Shown one piece after another: positions 19,089 through 29,009 of a stretch of DNA of 64,000 nt (positions are counted from its first letter, which is position 1; the number at the start of each line of letters is the position of its first letter). The DNA comes from Ruminococcus sp. (lineage in GTDB: Bacteria; Bacillota; Clostridia; Oscillospirales; Ruminococcaceae): contig SVNP01000003.1 in NCBI GenBank assembly GCA_015066805.1, positions 57,860-121,859 of the forward strand, written 5' to 3'. The notes under the pieces are model-generated. The model saw only the letters and a list, made by a program, of their open reading frames with translations. It had not been told where the DNA came from and made no database searches. The position numbers and the translations under genes are program-made.

Positions 19089-20271
19089 TTTCCTTTCTCA
19101 TTCGGGCTTCGGTCATACGGTTTTGCAACTCGATCTCGTATGCCTGTGCGTTTTTCAGTCTTGCTTCCGCAAGCTCGGTTTCATCCTGCAGATCAATATG
19201 CTCCCAGCAGATACGGGGCTCACATAAAAAGCCCTCGCCGTGCAGGGCGGTACGCAGGATCTTTAACAGGGTAGGGGTCAGGAGCCGACGGAAATATTCC
19301 AGCTCCGAGGTCAGAATATCTGCCTGCTGCGAGGACATCCGTTCGGTGCTGGACCAGTTCAGACCCAGCAAAAATGGCGGAATGGAGAGCTTTGCTACGA
19401 TCTGCTCCAATAGCTGCCGCACGGGGATCTCCGTATCGGGCATATGGTTTTCCGCACCAATGGCGCGGATCTCCACATCACCTGTCACGATAAAATCCTG
19501 TACCTGCCCCTGCCGGACCCCCTCCATACCCTGCTGCCATGCCGCTGCGATCTCCGCTGCGTGCTCATTGGCATAGGCTGCGGCGGCAGGATCATTGCCG
19601 GGACGATAGGTTACCGCATAGCGTACATTGCCTGCACGGTCATAATTCTGGCCGATGCATTCGTAGATCCGCAGCAGTACCCTGCTGATGGCAGGCAGTC
19701 CGTTGAGCACGGAAACGCCATACACGCCGCCGATGGTGGGATGCATGGGAATAAACAGGATCCGCTCGGGGTGAGCAATGGGTATGGGCTTGCCGTTTTT
19801 GCCGCTTGGCGTATAAAACCGACAGCTTGCGGCATCCTCCTGCCGGACGATCAAGGTACGGGGATGTGCCGCTGCCAGACCTGTGATCCTGCCGGATTCG
19901 GGGTCTGTGAGCAGTTCCCCGACGGCATTGCCGTACAGCAGCAGACTATCCAGCATACGGTCGGCAAATTCCTGCAAGGAGCTGCCGTTGGCGTTGACCG
20001 GTACACATTCACAAAACCGGTCCAGAAACGCCTGCGCCTCGGGATCATCGGCGTGCACAGTAAAACCGCCGCATAACCGCACGATTTTACGGAATGCGGC
20101 ATCAATCACGGGTACTGCGGAGCGCAAAGCCTCATAAAGCTGCCATTGGGCAGGGCAGGGAAGCTCCGGCGCAGGCATGGGCAATGCGGCTGCACTGCCG
20201 CTGCTTGCGGTAAATGCTCCTTTTTTTGCGGCAGAGGATTTCTTTCTGCTGCGGCCAATGGAAAAAGCCAT
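19075..20271 (-). CDS. Phage portal protein
   Basis: The protein is 398 aa and lies immediately after the large terminase. It has a Phage_portal-like central region and a charged C-terminus. Confidence 0.7.
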   Translation of the reverse strand: MAFSIGRSRKKSSAAKKGAFTASSGSAAALPMPAPELPCPAQWQLYEALRSAVPVIDAAFRKIVRLCGGFTVHADDPEAQAFLDRFCECVPVNANGSSLQEFADRMLDSLLLYGNAVGELLTDPESGRITGLAAAHPRTLIVRQEDAASCRFYTPSGKNGKPIPIAHPERILFIPMHPTIGGVYGVSVLNGLPAISRVLLRIYECIGQNYDRAGNVRYAVTYRPGNDPAAAAYANEHAAEIAAAWQQGMEGVRQGQVQDFIVTGDVEIRAIGAENHMPDTEIPVRQLLEQIVAKLSIPPFLLGLNWSSTERMSSQQADILTSELEYFRRLLTPTLLKILRTALHGEGFLCEPRICWEHIDLQDETELAEARLKNAQAYEIELQNRMTEARMRKENEDV

Positions 20272-20277
20272 GGGATA

Positions 20278-21564
20278 TCATACCCTCCTTTCGTGGGTGG
20301 TTCTGGTCAGCGATGCTGTATAGAAGGCAGGCTTATCTGCCTGCTTCATGGCTGTGCTGACAAAATAGCGGATGTCATCCATTGCGTGGTCGTTTTCCTT
20401 GATGGGTGCATCCTTTCCCCCATCGGTATCCCATGTATACAAGGAAAATTCACGGATGGCATCCTTGCAATGAGGGGAAAACAGCAGGCTGCCCTCATTC
20501 AGGGCATTTGCTACCCGCTGTATGCCTGCTGTGACCTCATTGCGGGCAGGCAGAACGGTAAATCTGCCATGCCTGCGGATGCAGGCTGCCATACTTGCAG
20601 CGGAAGGATCCAGGATCACCTGCCGTACAGGCAGCCCGCCCGCCAAGCCTTCCAGATGGGCATAATGCTCCTCATCGGTACGGGGAATGCCTGTTTTGCG
20701 GGCATCGTAGTAGTATTCCGCTACCCGATACCAGCGGTGGTCTTTTCTGCCCCACAGCCCAAAGGAAGTGGGATTGACGGTGCCGTAATCGCCGGAGATG
20801 ATGTAGTCTGTCAGACCCTCCGGCGGCAGGGCAATATGCCGCTTGGGAGAAAACATGGGGTAGACAAGTCCGTGAGCTGCCACCCATCTGCCGTTGATGT
20901 ACCGTTCATAGAAGGCTCCTGTGTACATACGGCGGTAGCGTTTGCGTATGGCGGGGGAAAGGGCTGTGTTGTCATCCAGCGTAAAATGCAGATAGAAAAG
21001 ATTCTTCTGCTTCCGCTGCAAAATCCATTCCCGATAAAACCAGTGGGAGGGTGACCCCGGATTGCAGGAAAACCAGATGCGTGATCCGCTGACAGAACAG
21101 CGTGCCAATGCCTGTTCCACAAAGGAACGGGGCATCAGGGCGACTTCATCCAGCAGAACACCTGCCAGTGTAATGCCCTGTATCAGCGATGCCGAAGCCT
21201 CATCCTTGCCGCCGAACCAATAATAACGGTTGGTATTGCCCCGAAAGCTGATATCACAATAGGAACGGCTGACCCGTTCCGTTACGGTAAACCCCAGTGG
21301 CTGCAGCATGGGGATCAGGGGGGTGATGAGGTTTCTGTGCAGGGAGGTAACGGTTTTTCCGCAGAGCGCAAAGGCACGGTCATGGAAATTGATACAGCTC
21401 CAGATGATAAAGCCCAGTGCCAATGCGGTGGTTTTGCCGGAACGGATGGCACCGTCACAGACAATGGCATCATAGCGGCGGGAATCTTTATCCAGCCACC
21501 AGCGGATCGCTTTCCTCTGCTTGGGGGAGAACCTTTGCAGATCCGGTAACTGTGTGTTCATCAT
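20278..21564 (-). CDS. Phage terminase large subunit (PBSX-type)
   Basis: Walker A GAIRSGKTT and Walker B-like LLDEVALM are present, with a C-terminal nuclease region. The start MMNTQLPDL lies after a GGAGGAGG RBS. Confidence 0.85.
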   Translation of the reverse strand: MMNTQLPDLQRFSPKQRKAIRWWLDKDSRRYDAIVCDGAIRSGKTTALALGFIIWSCINFHDRAFALCGKTVTSLHRNLITPLIPMLQPLGFTVTERVSRSYCDISFRGNTNRYYWFGGKDEASASLIQGITLAGVLLDEVALMPRSFVEQALARCSVSGSRIWFSCNPGSPSHWFYREWILQRKQKNLFYLHFTLDDNTALSPAIRKRYRRMYTGAFYERYINGRWVAAHGLVYPMFSPKRHIALPPEGLTDYIISGDYGTVNPTSFGLWGRKDHRWYRVAEYYYDARKTGIPRTDEEHYAHLEGLAGGLPVRQVILDPSAASMAACIRRHGRFTVLPARNEVTAGIQRVANALNEGSLLFSPHCKDAIREFSLYTWDTDGGKDAPIKENDHAMDDIRYFVSTAMKQADKPAFYTASLTRTTHERRV

Positions 21565-22042
21565 GCACCTCCTCCGGAGCCGCAAAGGCAGCAAGCAAAG
21601 CATTGGCTGCTGCGGAAGAATCCATGGCATTGGCGCATTCCAGCAGCCGTTCCATGGCTTTCTGCCGATCAAACAGCCGTACTTCCACACCGCCGCCCTT
21701 ATCCCGTTTGATCTCCGAAACATGAAACAGATCCAGTTGATCCAGCAGCGGGGGCGGAGGAAGCTCTTCGGCAAATACCAGTCTTACGGCATCGTTGGCT
21801 TTGCCAAAGGCAAGGCGGCTCAGACCCGCCATAACCATAGCCCGTACCGAGAGGATCTCCTCTCCTGCAAGCCTGTGGAGCATACGGCGGCAGGGGGCAC
21901 TGTGGAGCTGCATCAGTGCGTATGCGGCAGCCTCTTTTGGGGGAACTCCTGCCTGCACGGCAGCTTCTTCTCCGTTGCCCAGCAGCAGATACAACCGACA
22001 GAAGCGTTTGCGAAGTTCCTTTTGCTGTGCAGATTCTTTCAC
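21488..22042 (-). CDS. Phage terminase small subunit
   Basis: The N-terminal HTH-like block is QKELRKRFCRLYLLLGNGEEAAVQAGV. A GTG start follows an AAAGGTGG RBS. The gene overlaps the terL start by 77 nt. Confidence 0.65.
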   Translation of the reverse strand: MKESAQQKELRKRFCRLYLLLGNGEEAAVQAGVPPKEAAAYALMQLHSAPCRRMLHRLAGEEILSVRAMVMAGLSRLAFGKANDAVRLVFAEELPPPPLLDQLDLFHVSEIKRDKGGGVEVRLFDRQKAMERLLECANAMDSSAAANALLAAFAAPEEVHDEHTVTGSAKVLPQAEESDPLVAG

Positions 22043-22287
22043 GACATAACCACCTTTCGTTTGAATATGGGGGAACAGGTAACACAGGGTTGGGCTTGTG
22101 CCCATGGGAATGCGTTGTCAGCCGCATTCATAAAGGGGCAGGTTTGGGGGAAAACTTGTACGTTTTTTTCGCTCTCCCACAAAATTCGGCAGAATGCACA
22201 ATCAGGCGACTGCCGATATGCGTCTGATAGTACAGTTCGCCGACAGCATCTCTGCCGTCACCCTTCGACAAAAGCTGACATAGAATA

Positions 22288-22341
22288 AAAAAACGCCCTG
22301 CCTGCGATGACGGTGCATGACTAAATCATCGCAAACAGGGC
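22288..22341 (-). terminator. Intrinsic terminator (minus strand) upstream of mazF and upstream of the phage module
   Basis: The stem is GCCCTG..TGCGATGA/TCATCGCA..CAGGGC (6+8 bp with a 2-nt internal mismatch). It is followed on the minus strand by TTTTTTT. Confidence 0.65.
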
Positions 22342-22384
22342 AAGCTATGAATCACCGCAGCAAATGAAAGGATCGTGAGATGAT

Positions 22385-22801
22385 ATGCTGACAGTGCGAA
22401 GAGGAGAGATCTATTATGCGGATCTCAGTCCCGTGGTAGGTTCCGAGCAGGGCGGCGTGCGCCCCGTGCTGATCATACAAAACGATGTGGGCAACCGATA
22501 CAGCCCCACTGTAATTGCCGCAGCCATTACCAGCCAGAAGGAAAAGGCAAAGCTGCCCACTCATATTTCTCTGGCGGCAGCGGATTGCGGCCTGAGCCGT
22601 GACAGTATTATTCTGCTGGAGCAGATCCGTACCATAGATAAGCAGCGGCTGAAGGAATGCGTGGGAGAGATCCCTGTTACTACCATGAAGCAGGTGGATT
22701 ATGCGCTGGAGATCAGCTTCGGGCTGATCCCTCGTCCCCGTCATGGGAGTATCCGCCAAACAGTGATGGGATCGCAGCGGCAAGAGGTACCCCAAAGCTG
22801 A
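22385..22801 (+). CDS. mazF: MazF/EndoA (PemK-family) mRNA interferase toxin with a roughly 22-aa C-terminal extension
   Basis: It is near-colinear by eye with Bacillus EndoA: [48 protein letters not shown]. The reading frame continues past the usual end into the convergent ATPase gene. Confidence 0.85.
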   Translation: MLTVRRGEIYYADLSPVVGSEQGGVRPVLIIQNDVGNRYSPTVIAAAITSQKEKAKLPTHISLAAADCGLSRDSIILLEQIRTIDKQRLKECVGEIPVTTMKQVDYALEISFGLIPRPRHGSIRQTVMGSQRQEVPQS

Positions 22802-25385
22802 ACAGCAGACTGATGAGCAGCGGTGTACCGCTGAGCATGACTGTATCAAACAGCCTTGCCACCGGGGGCAGACATACTGCCGATGCCGCAATGCCGCCGG
22901 AGAGCAGTACCGCTCCTATGAGTGCGGGATTGGAACACCACGGCACGGAAAACAAATTGCCGTCTTCGGTTTTGCACTCGAATACATGAATGAGCTGGGA
23001 TGCGATCAGCGTGACCAGTGCGGCGGTTCTTGCCATTTCCACAGAGCCGGAAAGCCGCAGCACCGTGGAAAAAGATCCCAGTGTGGAAAGGGCAATGAAG
23101 ATCCCGCGGAATACGATGCGGGAAAGCAGTCCCCCTGCAAAAAAGCTTTCCTCCGCGCGGCGGGGCGGCTTTTGCATGATGCGCTTATGGGGCGGTTCCA
23201 GACTCAGGGCAATGGCAGGCAGACCATCGGTCAGCAGATTGACCAGCAGGATCTGGGTGGGCAGCAGAATCATAGGCATGCCCATAAGGATGCCCAGCAG
23301 CATGGTCAGTACCTCACCGATGTTGCAGGCCAGCAGATAGCGTACAAATCTGCGGATATTGGCATATACGGTACGACCCTGCTCCACTGCGGCAGTCAGG
23401 GTATCAAAGCGGTCATCCAGCAGCACAATATCTGCTGCCTGCCGTGTCACATCGGTGCCGGTAATGCCCATTGCCACCCCGATGTTGGCTTCCTTGACGG
23501 CAGGGGCATCGTTGACACCGTCACCGGTCATGGTAACGATATGCCCCTGTTTTTTACAGGCCCGTACCAGCCGCAGCTTATGGGCAGGTGTGACCCGTGC
23601 AAACACGCCGTACTGCTGTACGGCACGTTCCAGCTCCTTGTCGGTCAGAGCATCCAGCTCGGCACCGGTCATGACCTGCTCCCCTTTGGGGATGCCTGCT
23701 TGTTTTGCAACTGCTGCGGCGGTTTTTGCGTGATCGCCTGTCAGCATTTTGACCTGTATGCCTGCTCTGACACATTTGGCAATGGCAGCCTTTGCCTGCT
23801 CTCTGGGCGGATCCATCATGGCCATCAGCCCCAGAAAAACCATGCCGGAGGTACCGTTTTCCGTGGTTTCCGATTCTTTTTCGGCAAAGGCAAGCACCCG
23901 CAGGGCCTGTTCCGCATAGGCTTCCGTCTGCTGCAGGATCTGTGCCCGCTTCTGGGGGGTCAGCGGGATGATGCCCTTTGATTCCATGATAAATCCGCAA
24001 TCCTTCAGGATCACATCGGGGGCACCTTTGCGGCAGGCAAGCAGCTTTGTATGTCCCTGCTCACGATAAAACACGGTCATACAGCGGCTTTCGCTGTCAA
24101 AGGGGATCTCATCTGCCTTTTGCATACGGGAAAAACCATCGGCAGTGATGCTGCATTTGGCGGCGGCTACCAGCAGGGCGATCTCTGTGGGGTCTCCGCT
24201 GACCTGCCATTCTCCCGGCTCCTTCCGTGCTTCTCTGCTGCGGGAGGTATTTTGGGTATCGCTTTGTATCATGCCGTGATTGCACAGCACCGCACAGCGC
24301 AGCAGGGTCTGCAATACAGGTTTGCTTCTGGGATTGCACCTGCCGCCGTCGCAGGTAAGGGCACCGCTTTTCTGCCAGCCTGTTCCGCTGAGGGTAAAGG
24401 TATCTTCACCTGCACTGATATGCGATACGGTCATTTTGTTTTCGGTAATGGTGCCTGTTTTATCGGAGCAGATCACTGTGGTACAGCCAAGGGTCTCCAC
24501 AGCGTGCAGCCGGTTGACCAGTGCTTTGCGCCTGAGCATTCTGCGTACTGCCAGTGCAAGGGCAATGGTGACCGTAGCCGGCAGGCCTTCGGGGATGGCG
24601 GCAATGGCAACGGTAATGCCTGTCAGGAACATTTCTCCCACAGGCTCACCTCGCAGCACCCCTGCGCCAAATACCAGAATACATACCACACCGCAGAGGA
24701 CAGCAACGGTTTTGCCCAGCTCCGCAAGCCGTTTTTGCAGCGGTGTTTCCCCTTGGGTGATTTCAGACAGCATGGCAGAGATCTGACCCATCTGGGTGGC
24801 CTTGCCTGTGGCGATGATTTTTGCTTCGGCAGTGCCGCCGGTCAGGGCTGTACCTGCATAGAGGATATCCTCACGGCCGGTCTTGTTGCTGATTTCTCCG
24901 TGGGCAGGGGAGTGGGGATGCTTTTCCACCGCACAGGATTCTCCCGTGAGAATGGATTCTTCCGCTGTCATATGGTGTCCTCCGCAGATGACTGCATCGG
25001 CGGGTACTCTGTCACCTGCCTCCAGCAGGATCACATCCCCGGTGACAAGCTTTGCCGCATCCACGGTCACTGCCTTGCCGTCACGATAAACTTTGGCTGT
25101 GGGGGCACTCATGCTGCGTAAGGCCAGCAGAGTCTGTTCGGTGCGGTATTCCTGCACAAAGCCCAGCAGGGCATTCAGCACCACGATCACCCCGATGGTT
25201 GCGGCATCGGTGTATTCACCCATCCATGCAGAGATCCCTGCGGCTGCCAGCAGGATCATGACCATCACATCGGTAAACTGCCGCAGCAGGATCCGCCATG
25301 GGTGAGAACGGGGCGGCGGTGCAGTCAGATTTTCACCCTGCTGTGCCAGCCGCCGTGCCGCTTCTTCGGAGGACAATCCGATCAT
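22713..25385 (-). CDS. P-type cation-transporting ATPase (Ca2+/PMCA-SERCA-like, type IIA)
   Basis: Motifs TGES, PEGLPA, DKTGTIT and [10 protein letters not shown] are present. The start is [13 protein letters not shown] at 25385, after an AAGGGAG RBS. Confidence 0.85.
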   Translation of the reverse strand: MIGLSSEEAARRLAQQGENLTAPPPRSHPWRILLRQFTDVMVMILLAAAGISAWMGEYTDAATIGVIVVLNALLGFVQEYRTEQTLLALRSMSAPTAKVYRDGKAVTVDAAKLVTGDVILLEAGDRVPADAVICGGHHMTAEESILTGESCAVEKHPHSPAHGEISNKTGREDILYAGTALTGGTAEAKIIATGKATQMGQISAMLSEITQGETPLQKRLAELGKTVAVLCGVVCILVFGAGVLRGEPVGEMFLTGITVAIAAIPEGLPATVTIALALAVRRMLRRKALVNRLHAVETLGCTTVICSDKTGTITENKMTVSHISAGEDTFTLSGTGWQKSGALTCDGGRCNPRSKPVLQTLLRCAVLCNHGMIQSDTQNTSRSREARKEPGEWQVSGDPTEIALLVAAAKCSITADGFSRMQKADEIPFDSESRCMTVFYREQGHTKLLACRKGAPDVILKDCGFIMESKGIIPLTPQKRAQILQQTEAYAEQALRVLAFAEKESETTENGTSGMVFLGLMAMMDPPREQAKAAIAKCVRAGIQVKMLTGDHAKTAAAVAKQAGIPKGEQVMTGAELDALTDKELERAVQQYGVFARVTPAHKLRLVRACKKQGHIVTMTGDGVNDAPAVKEANIGVAMGITGTDVTRQAADIVLLDDRFDTLTAAVEQGRTVYANIRRFVRYLLACNIGEVLTMLLGILMGMPMILLPTQILLVNLLTDGLPAIALSLEPPHKRIMQKPPRRAEESFFAGGLLSRIVFRGIFIALSTLGSFSTVLRLSGSVEMARTAALVTLIASQLIHVFECKTEDGNLFSVPWCSNPALIGAVLLSGGIAASAVCLPPVARLFDTVMLSGTPLLISLLFSFGVPLAAAIPSLFGGYSHDGDEGSARS

Positions 25386-25537
25386 GTAAAACACTCCCTT
25401 GCAAAAAACATACTCTGCAACAATGTATGCCTGCCCCCTTGGGATTATGACCCTGTTTTTTGTATGCCAAAAGAAAAACCGAAAAAGGTTCTTTCTTTGT
25501 GGAATTTGCAGAAATGGGAAAATTTCGGGCAAAGCTC

Positions 25538-25566
25538 TTGCAACGGGAAAGAATCTGTTGTATAAT
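25538..25566 (+). promoter_or_regulatory. Sigma-A-type promoter for the MBOAT-DHHW-ACP operon
   Basis: TTGCAA-17 nt-TATAAT. Confidence 0.6.
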
Positions 25567-25673
25567 AGAATCGACAAAAAAAGAAATGTCCCTTTTATGG
25601 GACAGCATCCGAAAAACAGATAGAAAAAAACAGCAAGAACAAAAGGAATCATACACGAGAACAGGAGAACAAC

Positions 25674-27107
25674 ATGGTATTTTCCAGTCTGATCTTTCTG
25701 TACCTATTTATGCCCGTATGCCTGCTGTGCTGCGGGCTTTTGTCGTTTACGGCGAAGGATTCCCGCCGCAAAACGGCATTGCAGAATGGGGTACTGATCA
25801 TATTTTCTTTGATATTTTACGCATGGGGTGAGCCGACCTACATCTTTTTGCTGCTGAGCAGTGTGCTGGTGAACTATCTGCTGGGGCTGTGGCAGGGCAG
25901 ATGTAAGGACCGTGCCGATGAACGCATGGCAAAGGCTGTCATGATCCTGACGCTGGTGTTCAATCTGGGGCTGCTGGGCGTGTTCAAGTACAGTGGCTTT
26001 CTGGTGGAAAACCTGAATCTGCTGCCCATGGTGGAGCTGCCTGTGCCAAAGCTGCGTCTGCCCATCGGCATCAGCTTTTACACCTTCCAGATCCTTTCCT
26101 ACCAGATTGACCTGTACTGGGATAAGGTGGAGCGTCAGCGGAATCCATGGCATTTTCTGCTGTATATCTCTATGTTTCCGCAGCTTGTGGCAGGACCCAT
26201 TGTGCGTTACAGCACCATTGCCGCAGAGATCGCCCACCGACGGGTGACCCTGACGGAATGCAGCGCAGGTCTCAGCCGCTTTGTTATGGGTCTTGCCAAA
26301 AAAGTGATCCTTTCCAATCATCTTTCGGTGATCGTGGAGGATTTCTTCGGGGGGGAGCTTTCCCAGCTTACCCTGCTTGGTACATGGTACGCCGTGGCAG
26401 TCTATGCCATGCAGGTGTATTTCGATTTTTCGGGCTACTCCGATATGGCCATTGGCATGGGGCTGATGTTCGGCTTCCATTTTGATGAAAACTTCCGTCA
26501 TCCCTTCCTTTGCAAGGATATTTCCGAGTTCTGGCAGCGGTGGCATATCTCACTGGGCACCTTTTTCCGTGATTATCTGTTGTATGTTCCCATTTTCGGC
26601 AAACGCCGCAAGTACGGCGGATTGTTTCTGGTGTGGTTCTGCACGGGTCTTTGGCACGGTGCAAGCTGGAATTTCATCCTCTGGGGCTTATACTTCGGGC
26701 TGTTTATTCTGCTGGAGCAGAAGCTGGGCAAAAAGCGCATGAAGAAAATCCCCCTTGTGATACGGCATATTTACAGCAAGCTGGTGATCCTTGTGGGCTT
26801 CGGCATCTTCTACTTTGAAAGCCTGCCCCGTCTGGGTGCGTTTTTCAAGGCCTTGGTGATCCCTGCACAGGGCTTTGCCGACCGCTATCTGCTGACTTCG
26901 GTGCAGAACAACTGCTGGCTGCTGATGGCCGCTGTGATCTGCTGCTTCCCGCTGGCAGAGCGGCTGAAGCAATGGGGCAGCCGTACGCCGCAGCGTGCCT
27001 ATGTCTGTGGTGTGCTGGGGGCTGCCTGCAATCTGCTCCTGCTGCTGGTCAGCAGTATTCTGCTGGTGGATGCCACCAATAATCCCTTCCTGTACTTCCG
27101 CTTCTGA
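25674..27107 (+). CDS. MBOAT-family membrane O-acyltransferase (DltB/AlgI-like)
   Basis: It is polytopic and carries the MBOAT catalytic-His block FWQRWHISLGTFFRDY. Confidence 0.85.
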   Translation: MVFSSLIFLYLFMPVCLLCCGLLSFTAKDSRRKTALQNGVLIIFSLIFYAWGEPTYIFLLLSSVLVNYLLGLWQGRCKDRADERMAKAVMILTLVFNLGLLGVFKYSGFLVENLNLLPMVELPVPKLRLPIGISFYTFQILSYQIDLYWDKVERQRNPWHFLLYISMFPQLVAGPIVRYSTIAAEIAHRRVTLTECSAGLSRFVMGLAKKVILSNHLSVIVEDFFGGELSQLTLLGTWYAVAVYAMQVYFDFSGYSDMAIGMGLMFGFHFDENFRHPFLCKDISEFWQRWHISLGTFFRDYLLYVPIFGKRRKYGGLFLVWFCTGLWHGASWNFILWGLYFGLFILLEQKLGKKRMKKIPLVIRHIYSKLVILVGFGIFYFESLPRLGAFFKALVIPAQGFADRYLLTSVQNNCWLLMAAVICCFPLAERLKQWGSRTPQRAYVCGVLGAACNLLLLLVSSILLVDATNNPFLYFRF

Positions 27108-27155
27108 CCGCAGCGGGGTACGGATCATCTTTGCGGAGAAAGGAGCTGAACTACG

Positions 27156-28994
27156 ATGCTGACTTCCAGTATGCTGGGAAATGATAACAACGAAATCGAC
27201 ATTGAACTGCCCGATGAACAGGCCTTGCAGGAGGCCGCAGAGCGAAAAGCCTTTGCCGAAACCGCTGCCCTGCGGAAACAACGGCGGCAGCAGGCAACGG
27301 CAGCCCATCCCATAAAGAAAAAAGCCGTGCAGAAAGCACGGGAAGAACGTCTGGAACGCAATGCTGCTCTGCGGGGACTGATGCAGAGTGCCGCTTTGAA
27401 GCAGGCTGTTGTACGGCTGCCTGCTGCCCCCACAGAGCTGCCTGCGGGAGAAGATCCCTTGCTGCGGATCAAGGAAGCGGAAGAGCAGCAGAAGAAGGAA
27501 AAAGAACGGATCCGCATACAGCAGACCGAGGAACGATCTGCGGCAGCCGCTTTTGCCGCTGCCACCGAGGAAGCAAAGCCCTTCTGCCGCAGACTGATGC
27601 GCCGTACCAATGCCCAATGGAAGAAAGAATCCGCTGCCATTGCCTATGCAGAGCAGCAGAATACCATTGCACATCGGCTGGCACTGGTGAATGTTTGCGT
27701 ATGCGGAATTGCGGCGGCGGTCATCGCTGTGGGTATGCTGGTGCTGGAACGCCCCACTGTTTCCGAGACGGAAAACCGTACCCTTGCCACTATGCCCGAT
27801 TTCACATGGGAGAGCTACTTCAGCGGAGAATACACCGCAGGTGTGGCAGAATTTTATGATGATACCGTTCCCATGCGGGAAACCTTTAAGCACGCTACCG
27901 CAGCCATCCGTAAATATATGGCATGGCAGACAGGCGGCCCCGTGATCCACGGCGGCAGACCCGTACAGGGGGAGCCCGAGCCGGAAATCACGGAGCCTGT
28001 TGTTACAACCACTACCACGGCTGTTTCCGTTGACCCCGGTGTGGAGGTGACCACAACTGCCGCAACCACTACCACCACAGCAGCATCCACACAGGAGCCG
28101 GAGGAAAATCACGGTGAGCTGAGCAACAATATTCTCATCAGCGATAAGCGGGGCATTATGCTGTATGGCGGCAGCTATAAAAACGGCGAACGCTATGCCT
28201 CCTACCTGAATGCCTACAAGGAAAAGCTGGGGGACAGTGTGAATATCTATTCCATGGTAGTGCCTACCCCCTGTTCTTTCTATACACCCGAGGAATTTCA
28301 ATATCTCATCGGCAGCGAGGAAAAGAACATTGCACACATCAATGAAAATCTCATTGGTGTAACACCTGTGGATGCTTATGGCGTGCTGAATGCCCATAAG
28401 GATGAGTATATCTATATGCGTACCGATCATCACTGGTCTGCGCTGGGGGCATTTTATGCGGCAGAGGAATTCGCTGCCACAGCAAGGGTTCCCTTTGCCA
28501 GACAGGATACCTATGAAAAGATCGTAAAGCCCGGCTATGTAGGTACTCTGTATGGGTATTCCGGTGATATCACACTGAAAAACAATCCGGAGGATTTCTT
28601 CTACTATGTGCCCTCTGCGGAATATACCACCACCTACTATAATACGAGTCTGGGTGCAAAGCGGCAGGCTCCGCTGCTGCTGAATCTGGATCGGCTTTCA
28701 CCGGTGAGCTGGTATATGGTGTATCTGGGCGGTGATGAACGGGTGACCCATGTGGAGACCGCTGTGAATAATGATCGCACGCTGGTGATCATGAAGGATA
28801 GCTACGGCAATGCACTGGTACCGTGGCTGACTTCTTCCTTTGAGGATATTTATGTCATCGACCTGCGGTATTTTAAGCCCAATGTGATCTCATATATGCA
28901 GGAGATCGGGGCAACGGATCTGTTATTTGCCATGAATACTTTCAGTGCCACAGGCGGCAACGCCAAGCATATCAACACATTGATGAATCAGTAA
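27156..28994 (+). CDS. DHHW-family (AlgX/AlgJ-like SGNH) protein with a long charged cytoplasmic N-terminus, one TM helix and a Thr-rich linker
   Basis: The literal DHHW motif is present (YMRTDHHWSALGAFY). It directly follows the MBOAT gene. Confidence 0.8.
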   Translation: MLTSSMLGNDNNEIDIELPDEQALQEAAERKAFAETAALRKQRRQQATAAHPIKKKAVQKAREERLERNAALRGLMQSAALKQAVVRLPAAPTELPAGEDPLLRIKEAEEQQKKEKERIRIQQTEERSAAAAFAAATEEAKPFCRRLMRRTNAQWKKESAAIAYAEQQNTIAHRLALVNVCVCGIAAAVIAVGMLVLERPTVSETENRTLATMPDFTWESYFSGEYTAGVAEFYDDTVPMRETFKHATAAIRKYMAWQTGGPVIHGGRPVQGEPEPEITEPVVTTTTTAVSVDPGVEVTTTAATTTTTAASTQEPEENHGELSNNILISDKRGIMLYGGSYKNGERYASYLNAYKEKLGDSVNIYSMVVPTPCSFYTPEEFQYLIGSEEKNIAHINENLIGVTPVDAYGVLNAHKDEYIYMRTDHHWSALGAFYAAEEFAATARVPFARQDTYEKIVKPGYVGTLYGYSGDITLKNNPEDFFYYVPSAEYTTTYYNTSLGAKRQAPLLLNLDRLSPVSWYMVYLGGDERVTHVETAVNNDRTLVIMKDSYGNALVPWLTSSFEDIYVIDLRYFKPNVISYMQEIGATDLLFAMNTFSATGGNAKHINTLMNQ

Positions 28995-29009
28995 AGGGAG
29001 GAAACAGGT

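Larger units (their letters stand above)
14957..22042 (-). mobile_element. Phage-derived head/neck morphogenesis module (prophage remnant, satellite-like or domesticated); no tail, lysis, integrase or replication genes
   Basis: It comprises nine co-directional, tightly packed ORFs with phage head functions. Host-type genes flank it on both sides. Confidence 0.75.

Noticed and set aside
22194-22283. 29-aa ORF (MHNQATADMRLIVQFADSISAVTLRQKLT) as a truncated MazE-type antitoxin remnant
   Set aside because: It is too short for an RHH or AbrB fold and has no RBS. It is separated from mazF by a hairpin, and the resemblance is only a vague beta-strand-then-helix pattern. I keep it as a note inside the mazF finding, not as a feature.
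22352-22891. 179-aa ORF antisense to mazF
   Set aside because: It overlaps both the well-supported mazF and the ATPase 3' end and has no motif or RBS. Antisense transcription here is discussed as RNA, not as protein.
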